Assembly: GCA_965207755.1 (NCBI GenBank)
Contig: OZ242297.1
Coordinates: 83,384-147,383, forward strand
DNA: 64,000 nucleotides
Direction of reading: 5' to 3'
Origin: Acidimicrobiales bacterium
GTDB taxonomy: Bacteria; Actinomycetota; Acidimicrobiia; Acidimicrobiales; Aldehydirespiratoraceae
The position numbers and the translations under genes are program-made. The notes under the pieces were generated by a model. It made no database searches and was not told the DNA's origin. It saw only the letters and a program-made list of their open reading frames with translations. Shown one piece after another: positions 53,148 through 61,925 of this stretch. Each line of letters begins with the position of its first letter. Position 1 is the first letter of the stretch.

Positions 53148-53396
53148 GGTGGGAGCCCTCAAGAAGCCCGAATTCCGTAGCCACCGCGAGCAGCTGGTCT
53201 ATTGCTCCGCCCTGTTGATCCTGGTCCTTCTGTTCACCTTCGCAGCCTCCGCCTCGAGTGGACGGCCCTGACGACGGCGGTGTGCGGGCTGGGCGTGCTG
53301 ATCCTGTGCTTCGCTGGAATCCGGTCCTGGCTCACATGGGGACGCGAGCCCTTCCCGCTGCCGGCAGCTGAACCCGAGCCGGCGGGGAATGGCTGA
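53148..53396 (+). pseudogene. frameshifted paralogue of the following small membrane protein
   Basis: VGALKKPEFRSHREQLVYCSALLILVLLF... stops and then continues in another frame (TALTTAVCGLGVLILCFAGIRSWLTWGREPFPLP). It parallels KPEFRSRREKVGYFTYTIGVGLL...RVAWGRRRFPLP of the next gene. Confidence 0.4.
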
Positions 53397-53688
53397 CCTC
53401 CCAAGAGCCCAGAGGAGCCTCTGGAAGGAGGCTTTCGCCAAGCCGGAGTTCCGTAGCCGCCGTGAGAAGGTGGGCTACTTCACGTACACGATCGGCGTGG
53501 GCCTCCTCATCGTTGCGGTAGCGGTCTTTCAGCCGTTTGACACGTTCCTCGGCGCCCTCCCTAACCTGCTCGTCCTGCTCGGAGTCCCGGTGGTGCAGTA
53601 CGGGGGCTGGTCGGTCCGGGTGGCTTGGGGCCGCCGACGGTTCCCCCTGCCGTCGCCGGGCGGGTCGCTGGGCCGCTTCATCCGCTAG
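53389..53688 (+). CDS. small two-TM membrane protein
   Basis: A 99-aa ORF with two hydrophobic helices. A tandem paralogue lies upstream. Confidence 0.45.
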   Translation: MADLPRAQRSLWKEAFAKPEFRSRREKVGYFTYTIGVGLLIVAVAVFQPFDTFLGALPNLLVLLGVPVVQYGGWSVRVAWGRRRFPLPSPGGSLGRFIR

Positions 53689-53786
53689 AGCCTGTTGAGT
53701 AATGCCGATTTCGCGCGACATGCAAGCCTCTGACCTAGGGTTTTGTGATCCCGGCATCGCGATTTTGGGACTTGCTCGACACTCTC

Positions 53787-55151
53787 CTAGAGCCTGGGGC
53801 GGGTCCGGGGGCGCACCCACGGGCGGCTGACCCGGCCGGCGGCCAAGTCGGCGCCGGCGTGGCCGAAGACGGCGCCCATCACCAGCAGCCCGCCGGCCAC
53901 CGTCACCAGCGGCGGCGCCTCGGCCAGCACGATCCACGCCAGCAGGATCGAGAACGGTGTCTCGCTGGACGCCAGCAGCCCGGCCTCCGCGGCCGGGATG
54001 AGCCGCACCCCCTCGGTCCACAGCACCAGCGACACCGCGAACACCGCCCCGAAGAACACCAGCAGCGGCATCTGGGCGCGGTCCACTCCGAGCGGGTCGG
54101 CCACCACCAGCGCCACCAGGAACAGCAGCACCCCGGCCGAGCCCAGCGCCAGCACCGCGTCGGCCCCCTCGAAGCGGCGTATAAGCACGATCAGCAGGGC
54201 CAGCGTGATCGCCAGCACCACGGCTCGCAGGTTGCCGTCGAGGTCGCCGGGCCCGAGGTTGCCGGCCACCGTGAGGGTCACCCCCGCCAGTGCGACCACG
54301 GCCGCCACCACCGTCGAGCGTCGCAGCCGCTCCCGCAGGATCAGCCACGCCAGCCCGGCGGCCAGGAACGGCACGGTGGCCGAGATCACGGTCACGTTGG
54401 CGACCTCGGTCCGCTGGAGCGCGTCGATGTACAGGATCATCGACATGGCGGACAGCCCGGCCAGCAGAAGCCCCTGGGGACCGAGGGTGGCGCTCCAGCG
54501 CAGCCCGTCCTGGGAGCCGCCGACGCGGCTTCGCAGCCACACGTACACCAGCACGGCACCGCCGCCGATCCCGCTTCGCCAGCTGGCGATCTGCCAGACA
54601 TCGGCCTCGATGCTGCGCGAGATGGCGCCGGTGGCCCCGAACCCCAGCCCCGACAGCAGCATCATCACGGCCCCCAGCCGCCTGGACCGCTTGCCGCCAA
54701 CCCCGCCCCCAATCGCCCCGCCGCCTGGTCCTGGTGCTGCGCCAGCCGGCGTGTTGCCTGGTTCTGTTGTCGTGGCGGTGGGCGTGTCGTCTGGTTCTGT
54801 TGTCGTGGCGGTGGGCGTGTCGTCTGGTTCTGCTGTCGTGGCGGTGGGCGTGTCGCCCGGTCCTGCTGTCGTGCCGGTGGGCGTGTCGCCTGGTTCTGTT
54901 GTCGTGCCGGTGGGTTCGTCGGATGGGTCGACTGCCGTGGCGGAGGGTCCCGTGGCGGAGGGTCCCGTGGCGGAGGGTCCTGCGGCTGGGCCTGCTGTCG
55001 TGGCGGTGGGTTCTGCGGCTGGGCCTGCTGTCGTGGCGGAGGGTTCTGCGGTTGGGCCTGCTGTCGTGCCGGTGGGTTCTGCGTTTGGGCCTGCTGCCGC
55101 GTTGGGCGGCGCGTTGGGCCGCTGGTCTGGAGTCTCCCGGGCGTCCGTCAA
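53787..55151 (-). CDS. DMT-superfamily (EamA-like) transporter with a long repetitive Thr/Pro/Ala-rich N-terminal extension
   Basis: About ten hydrophobic helices give a twin EamA layout (LLSGLGFGATGAISR ... FLAAGLAWLILRERL). The N-terminal 150 aa consist of TTEPDDTPTAT-type repeats encoded by 33-bp units. Confidence 0.65.
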   Translation of the reverse strand: MTDARETPDQRPNAPPNAAAGPNAEPTGTTAGPTAEPSATTAGPAAEPTATTAGPAAGPSATGPSATGPSATAVDPSDEPTGTTTEPGDTPTGTTAGPGDTPTATTAEPDDTPTATTTEPDDTPTATTTEPGNTPAGAAPGPGGGAIGGGVGGKRSRRLGAVMMLLSGLGFGATGAISRSIEADVWQIASWRSGIGGGAVLVYVWLRSRVGGSQDGLRWSATLGPQGLLLAGLSAMSMILYIDALQRTEVANVTVISATVPFLAAGLAWLILRERLRRSTVVAAVVALAGVTLTVAGNLGPGDLDGNLRAVVLAITLALLIVLIRRFEGADAVLALGSAGVLLFLVALVVADPLGVDRAQMPLLVFFGAVFAVSLVLWTEGVRLIPAAEAGLLASSETPFSILLAWIVLAEAPPLVTVAGGLLVMGAVFGHAGADLAAGRVSRPWVRPRTRPRL

Positions 55152-55170
55152 CTAGGGGACCGGCGCGCGG

Positions 55171-55827
55171 CTAGCCGGCCGCCGCCCTGACAGGCTCGTA
55201 GCCGACCTGGCAGAAGCCGTGGTTGCAGTACCCGTTCGGGTTCCGGGCCAGGTACTGCTGGTGGTACTCCTCGGCGTAGTAGAAGGGCCCGGCGTCGACG
55301 ATCTCGGTGGTGATCCCGCCGAAGCCCTTGGCCGTGAGCGACGCCTGGTACCGGTCCCTCGACGCCACCGCAGCCTCCCGCTGGGCTTCGGAGTACACGT
55401 AGATCCCGCTGCGGTACTGGGTGCCGACATCGTTGCCCTGGCGCATGCCCTGGGTGGGGTCGTGCATCTCCCAGAACACCTTCAACAGATGCTCGTACGG
55501 TGCCGCCGCCGGGTCGTGTACCACCAGCACCACCTCGTTGTGGCCGGTGCGGCCGGTGCATACCTCGTGGTAGGTCGGGTTGGGCGTCACGCCGCCGGAG
55601 TAGCCGGCCGCGGTGGTGTACACGCCGGACATCTGCCAGTAGAACCGCTCGGCCCCCCAGAAGCACCCCATCCCGAACACGGCCCGCTCGTACCCGTCCG
55701 GGAACGGCGGCTCTATCGGGGTGCCGAGCACCAAGTGGCCGTAGTCCTGCACCGGCATCGGCTCGTCCCGCCCCGGGAGGGCGTCGGCCGTGGTCGGCAT
55801 CCGTGTCTTGTCGCGTCGCAGCAGCAT
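55171..55827 (-). CDS. msrA: peptide-methionine (S)-S-oxide reductase MsrA
   Basis: [17 protein letters not shown]...[26 protein letters not shown]...[18 protein letters not shown] are present. An alternative start is at 55800. Confidence 0.9.
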   Translation of the reverse strand: MLLRRDKTRMPTTADALPGRDEPMPVQDYGHLVLGTPIEPPFPDGYERAVFGMGCFWGAERFYWQMSGVYTTAAGYSGGVTPNPTYHEVCTGRTGHNEVVLVVHDPAAAPYEHLLKVFWEMHDPTQGMRQGNDVGTQYRSGIYVYSEAQREAAVASRDRYQASLTAKGFGGITTEIVDAGPFYYAEEYHQQYLARNPNGYCNHGFCQVGYEPVRAAAG

Positions 55828-55895
55828 GCAACGACTGTATCGCCGGCCGCCCCCCGAGGTTTCAGATGCGTCCCAACACGCCCCGGCTCCCTCCC

Positions 55896-56300
55896 GGATT
55901 CTCGGGTTGGTCGTGGGTGTTGGCCGCGTGTTTCCGCCCCGAGATTCCCGGTGCGTGGGTCCGACGGATTCTCGGGTTGGTTTTGGGTGTTGGCCGCGTG
56001 TTTCCGCCCCGAGATTCCCGGTGCGTGGGTCCGACGGATTCTCGGGTTGGTTTTGGGTGTTGGCCGCGTGTTTCCGCCCCGAGATTCCCGGTGCGTGGGT
56101 CCGACGGATTCTCGGGTTGGTTTTGGGTGTTGGCCGCGTGTTTCCGCCCCGAGATTCCCGGTGCGTGGGTCCGACGGATTCTCGGGTTGGTTTTGGGTGT
56201 TGGCCGCGTGTTTCCGCCCCGAGATTCCCGGTGCGTGGGTCCGACGGGTTTCTCGGGTTGGTTTTGGGTGTTGGCCGCGTGTTTCCGCCCCGAGATTCCC
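55896..56300. repeat. 70-bp tandem array, six copies, each containing a REP-like family A hairpin
   Basis: The unit is ggattctcgggttggttttgggtgttggccgcgtgtttccgccccgagattcccggtgcgtgggtccgac. Unit starts are at 55896, 55966, 56036, 56106, 56176 and 56246. The array fills the divergent intergenic region between msrA and the D-aminoacylase gene. Confidence 0.95.
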
Positions 56301-56330
56301 CGGCACCGTGCCACGGCTACTCTCTGCGCA

Positions 56331-58073
56331 ATGCTCGACACGCTGATCACCGGCGGCACGCTCGTCGACGGCACCGGCGCCCCCGCCCGGCCCGCTGACA
56401 TCGCGGTCTCCGACGGCCGGATCGTGGCCGTGGCCGACCCCGGCGAGCTCGCCGACGCCGACCCCACCGAAACGGTCGACGCCGAGGGCCTGGTCGTGTG
56501 CCCCGGCTTCATCGACCCCCACACCCACTACGACGCCCAGATCTTCTGGGATCCGAGGGCCACCCCGTCCAACACGTTCGGCGTCACCACCGTCGTCGGC
56601 GGCAACTGCGGCTTCTCGCTGGCCCCCCTAAGCCACCCGTCCGACGGCGAGTACCTCAAGCGCATGATGGTGAAGGTGGAGGGCATGGAGTTGGCCGCCC
56701 TCGAACAGGGCGTGCCCTGGGACTGGGAGAGCTTCGCCGACTACCTGCGGGCCGTCGAGAACCGGGGCATCGGCGTGAACGCCGGCTTCATGGTGGGACA
56801 TTGCGCGCTCCGGCGGGCGGTCATGCGAGACGATGCCGTCGGTCACGAGGCCAACGACGACCAGATCGCCCTGATGCGGGCCCTGCTGGCCGAGTCGCTG
56901 GCCGCCGGCGGCCTCGGCTTCTCCACCGGCCGCAGCTACACCCACAACGACTGGGACGGCCGGCCGGTGCCCAGCCGCTGGGCCTCCGAGGAGGAGGTGC
57001 TGGAGCTGTGCCGGGAGACGGCCACCCACGAGGGCACCACCCTGGAGTGGGTCGCCGACGGCTGCATGAAGGGCTTCAGCGCCGAAGAGACAGACCTGAT
57101 GACCCGCATGTCGCTGGAGGCCCGGCGCCCCCTCAACTGGAACGTCCTCACCATCGACTCGGCCCGCCCCGACGACTACCGCAACCAGATAGCGGCCTGC
57201 GAGCAGGCGGCCGACGCCGGCGCCGTAGTCATCGCGCTCACCATGCCGATCCTGGTCGGCATGAACATGAGCCTGGGCACGTTCTGCGCCCTGCACATGC
57301 TGCCCGGCTGGCCCGACGTCTTCGGCCTCCCCGTACCCGAGCGCATGGAGGCCCTGCGCCGCCCCGAGACCCTCATCGCCCTCGAGAACTCAGCCGCCGG
57401 ACCCGAGGCGGGCGTGTTCAGCCGTCTCACCGGCTGGTCCGACTACCGCATCGGCGACACCTGCTCGGCCGCCAACGAGGGCCTGAAGGGCCGCCGCATA
57501 GGCGACATCGCGAGGGAGCGGGGCCGGCGGGACTTCTTCTGCCTGGTGGACGTCTGCCTGGCCGACGACCTGCGCACCGTGCTGTGGCCCGCCCCCACCG
57601 ACGACGATCCCGAGAGCTGGCGGCTGCGGGCCGAGGCCTGGGAGCATCCGGCGGTGATGATCGGCGGCAGCGACGCCGGGGCGCACCTCGACCGCATGGC
57701 CGGCGCCTGCTACACCACGGCGTGGATCGACGACTGCCTGCGGGGCCGCCGGCTCACCACCCTCGAGAACGCGGTGCACCATCTCACCGAGGCGCCGGCC
57801 CGGCTGTTCGGCCTGAAGGGCCGGGGCCGCATCGCCGAGGGCTGCCACGCCGACGTCGTGCTGTTCGACCCCGACACGGTGGGCGCGCTCGAGCCGGTGC
57901 TGGTGGCCGACCTGCCCGGCGACGGCAAGCGGCTGTGGTCGGAGGCCACCGGGGTGCGCCGGGTGATGGTCAACGGCGTCATCACCGTGGTCGACGGCGA
58001 GGCCACCGACGCCCTGCCGGGCACGGTGCTGCGCTCGGGTCGTCACACTGAGACCGTCCCCGTCGGCGGCTAG
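56331..58073 (+). CDS. N-acyl-D-amino-acid deacylase (D-aminoacylase, amidohydrolase 3 family)
   Basis: ATG 56331 gives MLDTLITGGTLVDGTGAP...DGRIVAV...VVCPGFIDPHTHYD...GVTTVVGGNCGFS. The C-terminal DVVLFDPDTV is typical. Confidence 0.8.
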   Translation: MLDTLITGGTLVDGTGAPARPADIAVSDGRIVAVADPGELADADPTETVDAEGLVVCPGFIDPHTHYDAQIFWDPRATPSNTFGVTTVVGGNCGFSLAPLSHPSDGEYLKRMMVKVEGMELAALEQGVPWDWESFADYLRAVENRGIGVNAGFMVGHCALRRAVMRDDAVGHEANDDQIALMRALLAESLAAGGLGFSTGRSYTHNDWDGRPVPSRWASEEEVLELCRETATHEGTTLEWVADGCMKGFSAEETDLMTRMSLEARRPLNWNVLTIDSARPDDYRNQIAACEQAADAGAVVIALTMPILVGMNMSLGTFCALHMLPGWPDVFGLPVPERMEALRRPETLIALENSAAGPEAGVFSRLTGWSDYRIGDTCSAANEGLKGRRIGDIARERGRRDFFCLVDVCLADDLRTVLWPAPTDDDPESWRLRAEAWEHPAVMIGGSDAGAHLDRMAGACYTTAWIDDCLRGRRLTTLENAVHHLTEAPARLFGLKGRGRIAEGCHADVVLFDPDTVGALEPVLVADLPGDGKRLWSEATGVRRVMVNGVITVVDGEATDALPGTVLRSGRHTETVPVGG

Positions 58074-58090
58074 CGGTGGCCGGCGGAGGG

Positions 58091-58197
58091 TTCTGTGAGC
58101 AACGAAGCCGCTCCAGGCGGCATATCTGCTCACAGAACGCGGCGGCAGATTTCTGTGAGCAACGAAGCCGCTCCAGGCGGCATATCTGCTCACAGAA
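58091..58197. repeat. two tandem copies (60-bp period) of hairpin family B: TTCTGTGAGCA-N25-TGCTCACAGAA
   Basis: ttctgtgagcaacgaagccgctccaggcggcatatctgctcacagaa occurs at 58091-58137 and 58151-58197. Confidence 0.95.
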
Positions 58198-58240
58198 CGC
58201 GGCGGCAACGCGGCGGTTAGGCAACCAGGAGGAGTGACCA

Positions 58241-60235
58241 ATGGCTGAAGGCTCGATCGAGATCTACGAGACCGAGGACCGCAAGTTCCCGCCGCCGGCG
58301 GACTTCGCGGCCGCGGCCCAGGCCAGAGACCGGTCGATGTACGACGAGGCCGCCGCCGACTTCGAGGCCTTCTGGGCCGGCCAGGCCCGCGACCTGCTCG
58401 ACTGGCACACCGACTTCCACACCACGCTGGAATGGGACCTGCCGTTCGCCAGGTGGTTCCTGGGCGGGCAGCTCAACGTGTCGTACAACTGCCTCGACCG
58501 CCACGTGGCCGCCGGCCGGGGCGACAAGGTGGCGTTCCACTGGGAGGGCGAGCCGGGCGACACCCGCACCATCACCTACTCTGGGCTGCTCGACGACGTG
58601 CAGCGCTTCGCCAACGTGCTGCTGCGCCTCGGCCTGCGCCGGGGCGACCGCATCGCCGTGTACATGCCGATGATCCCGGAGCTGGCCGTCACCATGCTGG
58701 CCTGCACCCGCATCGGGGTGGCCCATTCGGTGATCTTCGGCGGCTTCTCGCCCGACGCCATCACCGACCGCTGCGCCGACGCCGAGGCCCGGCTGGTGGT
58801 CACCGCCGACGCCGGCTACCGCCGGGGCGCGCCGTCGGCCCTGAAGCCGAACGTCGACCTGGCCCTGTCGGCGGGCGCCCCGTCGGTGGAGCACGTGGTG
58901 GTGGTGGACCGCTGCGGCACCGACCCGGCGATGGTGGAGGGCCGGGACCTGTGGTGGCACGACCTGATGGCCGAGGCCGCCCCCGACTGCCCGGCCGAGC
59001 CGATGGACTCCGAGCAGCTGCTGTACCTGCTCTACACGTCGGGCACGACGGCCAAGCCGAAGGGGATCATGCACACCACCGGCGGGTACCTGACCCAGGT
59101 GGCGTTCACCCACCGCTACGTGTTCGATCTGCGGCCCGACACCGACGTGTTCTGGTGCGCGGCCGACATCGGCTGGGTGACCGGCCACAGCTACATCGTG
59201 TACGGGCCGCTGGCCAACGGGGCCACGTCGGTGATGTACGAGGGCACTCCGGACACACCCCGCCCCGCCGAGCGCTCCGGCGACCGGGCCGGCTGGGCCA
59301 AGGACCGGCTGTGGGACATCATCGAGCGCTACGGCGTGACCCAGCTCTACACCGCGCCCACGGCGATCCGCACGTTCATGAAGTGGGGCGAGCAGTGGCC
59401 GGCGGGCCGGGACCTGTCCAGCCTGCGGGTGCTGGGCACCGTGGGCGAGCCGATCAACCCCGAGGCGTGGATGTGGTACCACCGCCATATCGGCGGCGAG
59501 CGCTGCCCGGTGGTGGACACCTGGTGGCAGACCGAGACCGGCGGCCACATGATCACGCCGCTGCCGGGGGTGACCACCACCAAGCCGGGCTCGGCCACGC
59601 AGCCGCTGCCGGGGGTGTTCGCCGAGGTGGTGGACGACGGCGGCAACGTGGTGGCCGAGGGCGGCGGGTATCTGACCATCGTGCGGCCGTGGCCGTCGAT
59701 GCTGCGGGGCATCTGGGGCGACCCGGAGCGCTACCGCGAGACGTACTGGTCGGAGTTCGAGGGCCGCTACTTCGCCGGCGACGGCGCCCGGGTGGACGCC
59801 GACGGCTATCTGTGGCTGCTGGGCCGGGTGGACGACGTGATGAACGTGTCGGGCCACCGGATCTCCACGACCGAGGTGGAGTCGGCGCTGGTGGACCATC
59901 CGGCGGTGGCCGAGGCGGCGGTGGTGGGCGCTCGGGACGACATCACCGGCCAGGCCATCGTGGGCTACGTGATCCTGGTGGGCGCGGCGGCGGCGTCGGA
60001 CGAGCTGCGGGAGGAGGTCCGCCGGCACGTGGCGACCAAGCTGGGGCCGACGGCGCGGCCGAAGGCGGTGTTCCTGGTGCCGGATCTGCCGAAGACCCGT
60101 TCGGGCAAGATCATGCGCCGGCTGCTGCGGGACGTGGCCGACGGCCGGGATCTGGGCGACACCACCACCCTGGCCGATCCGGGCGTGGTGGCCGAGATCC
60201 GGGACCGGGCCGCCGAAGCCGCCGACGAGGAGTGA
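58241..60235 (+). CDS. acs: acetyl-CoA synthetase
   Basis: It is preceded by AGGAGGAG. WFLGGQLNVSYNCLDRH, YTSGTTAKPKG (AMP-binding P-loop), TWWQTETGG, GRVDDVMNVSGHR and LPKTRSGKIMRR are all present. Confidence 0.95.
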   Translation: MAEGSIEIYETEDRKFPPPADFAAAAQARDRSMYDEAAADFEAFWAGQARDLLDWHTDFHTTLEWDLPFARWFLGGQLNVSYNCLDRHVAAGRGDKVAFHWEGEPGDTRTITYSGLLDDVQRFANVLLRLGLRRGDRIAVYMPMIPELAVTMLACTRIGVAHSVIFGGFSPDAITDRCADAEARLVVTADAGYRRGAPSALKPNVDLALSAGAPSVEHVVVVDRCGTDPAMVEGRDLWWHDLMAEAAPDCPAEPMDSEQLLYLLYTSGTTAKPKGIMHTTGGYLTQVAFTHRYVFDLRPDTDVFWCAADIGWVTGHSYIVYGPLANGATSVMYEGTPDTPRPAERSGDRAGWAKDRLWDIIERYGVTQLYTAPTAIRTFMKWGEQWPAGRDLSSLRVLGTVGEPINPEAWMWYHRHIGGERCPVVDTWWQTETGGHMITPLPGVTTTKPGSATQPLPGVFAEVVDDGGNVVAEGGGYLTIVRPWPSMLRGIWGDPERYRETYWSEFEGRYFAGDGARVDADGYLWLLGRVDDVMNVSGHRISTTEVESALVDHPAVAEAAVVGARDDITGQAIVGYVILVGAAAASDELREEVRRHVATKLGPTARPKAVFLVPDLPKTRSGKIMRRLLRDVADGRDLGDTTTLADPGVVAEIRDRAAEAADEE

Positions 60236-60253
60236 CCGTCGCAAGCCGTCCGG

Positions 60254-60381
60254 CAATTTCTTGGGTGGGTTTTGGTGGCTGGAGCACCCATAACCAACCC
60301 GAGATCTTGGGGACCGGGACTACGGCAATTTCTCGGGTTGGTACTACGCGTTCACCGCGCATGACCGACCCGAGATCTTGA
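60254..60381. repeat. two REP-like family A hairpin elements (71-bp spacing)
   Basis: caatttcttgggtgggttttggtggctggagcacccataaccaacccgagatcttgg and caatttctcgggttggtactacgcgttcaccgcgcatgaccgacccgagatcttgag. Confidence 0.85.
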
Positions 60382-60394
60382 GGACGGGCTGGAC

Positions 60395-60925
60395 GTGACG
60401 AGCACGCCGGACAACTGGATGTTCCGCGACGGCGGCGACGCGCCGGCCGGCGGGCCGCTGGTGATCCTCGACCTCGACGGCGTGATCTCCGACGCCACCC
60501 ACCGCCAGCACTACCTGCGGGGCGCCTTCAAGGACTTCCGGGGCTTCTTCACCGCCGCCCCCGCCGACCCGCCGTACGAGTCCGGCCTGGCCCTGGCCGC
60601 CTCGGTCGCCGACGACCACACCGTGGCCATCCTCACTGCTCGCCCCCATTACATGGCCGACGACACCCGCCGCTGGCTGGCCGCCAACGACGTCCGCCAC
60701 GATCTGCTGATCCTGCGCCCGGAGCACGGACGGGGCTCGAGGGGCGCGTCGGCCGACTTCAAGCGCCACGAGCTGAGCCGCCTCCGGGCCGTCGGCTACC
60801 AGATCACAGCGGCCATCGACGACGACGAGCGCATCATCGAGATGTACCGCTCCGAGGGCGTCTTCGCCCTCTACACCCACTCCGGCTACTACGAGCGCCA
60901 CGACGCGGCGCGAGTCTTGAAGTAG
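60395..60925 (+). CDS. HAD-superfamily phosphatase-like protein (polynucleotide 3'-phosphatase-like)
   Basis: LVILDLDGVISD (DxDxV motif I), ILTARP (motif II Thr) and AIDDDERII (motif IV acidic) are present. Confidence 0.5.
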   Translation: MTSTPDNWMFRDGGDAPAGGPLVILDLDGVISDATHRQHYLRGAFKDFRGFFTAAPADPPYESGLALAASVADDHTVAILTARPHYMADDTRRWLAANDVRHDLLILRPEHGRGSRGASADFKRHELSRLRAVGYQITAAIDDDERIIEMYRSEGVFALYTHSGYYERHDAARVLK

Positions 60926-60935
60926 CCGGGGGGGT

Positions 60936-61812
60936 GGCGTCCGCCCTCTACACCCACTCCGGCGACTACGAGCGCGACGACGGTGGAGTAGCCGGGGGGT
61001 GGTGTCCGTCTTCTGCGCGTTCTGCGGCGACTACGAGCGCGACGATGGTGGAGTAGCCGGGGGGTGGTGTCCGTCTTCTGCGCGTTCTGCGGCGACTACG
61101 AGCGCGACGATGGTGGAGTAGCCGGGGGGTGGTGTGCGTCTTCTGCGCGTTCTGCGGCGACTACGAGCGCGACGATGGTGGAGTAGCCGGGGGGTGGTGT
61201 GCGTCTTCTGCGCGTTCTGCGGCGACTACGAGCGCGACGATGGTGGAGTAGCCGGGGGGTGGTGTGCGTCTTCTGCGCGTTCTGCGGCGACTACGAGCGC
61301 GACGATGGTGGAGTAGCCGGGGGGTGGTGTGCGTCTTCTGCGCGTTCTGCGGCGACTACGAGCGCGACGATGGTGGAGTAGTCGGGGGGTGGTGTGCGTC
61401 TTCTGCGCGTTCTGCGGCGACTACGAGCGCGACGATGGTGGAGTAGTCGGGGGGTGGTGTGCGTCTTCTGCGCGTTCTGCGGCGACTACGAGCGCGACGA
61501 TGGTGGAGTAGTCGGGGGGTGGTGTGCGTCTTCTGCGCGTTCTGCGGCGACTACGAGCGCGACGATGGTGGAGTAGTCGGGGGGTGGTGTGCGTCTTCTG
61601 CGCGTTCTGCGGCGACTACGAGCGCGACGATGGTGGAGTAGTCGGGGGGTGGTGTGCGTCTTCTGCGCGTTCTGCGGCGACTACGAGCGCGACGATGGTG
61701 GAGTAGTCGGGGGGTGGTGTGCGCCTTCTGCGCGTTCTGCGGCGACTACGAGCGCGACTCGGGGGCGCGGACCCCTGTAGAGCGGGGTGGTGTCCGCCCT
61801 CTACGTCCACTG
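60936..61812. repeat. 65-bp tandem array, about 13 copies, seeded from the 3' end of the preceding gene
   Basis: The unit is tggtgtgcgtcttctgcgcgttctgcggcgactacgagcgcgacgatggtggagtag(c/t)cgggggg. The first copy still reads gtccgccctctacacccactccggcgactacgagcg, a diverged copy of the gene end (ALYTHSGYYER). The ten 60-aa ORFs spaced 65 nt apart in the track are artefacts of this array. Confidence 0.95.
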
Positions 61813-61925
61813 TTGCGAGTCTCTCGCGGAGTGGTGCGCGGTGGCGTGGAGTTGTGTGCCGGGCGCCCCAACCGGCTCTTACCTTCGGGCGGGTAGGTTG
61901 GGGGCGCAAGCGGAGGTGACGGACG

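Noticed and set aside
55896-56300. 70-bp periodic array as a possible CRISPR array
   Set aside because: The units are identical end to end with no variable spacers. Each unit is a copy of the dispersed REP-like hairpin plus a constant linker.
58217-60256. 679-aa minus-strand ORF opposite acs, and similar long ORFs (46695..49109 +, 14141..15700 -, 42362..43954 -, 53745..55190 +, 53332..54540 -, 34881..36218 -)
   Set aside because: These are typical high-G+C shadow ORFs. They have Arg/Pro/Gly-rich low-complexity composition, lie antisense to or out of frame with genes that have clear family motifs, and show no recognisable domains.
60936-61812. 65-bp periodic array as a possible CRISPR array
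   Set aside because: The entire 65-bp unit is repeated almost identically, so there are no unique spacers. The unit derives from the adjacent gene's 3' end, and no cas genes are present.
61134-61919. Ten 60-66-aa ORFs spaced 65 nt apart (MRLLRVLRRLRARRWW...)
   Set aside because: They are artefacts of the tandem array. The same reading frame recurs because the DNA is repeated, and the composition is Arg-rich shadow with no independent coding evidence.
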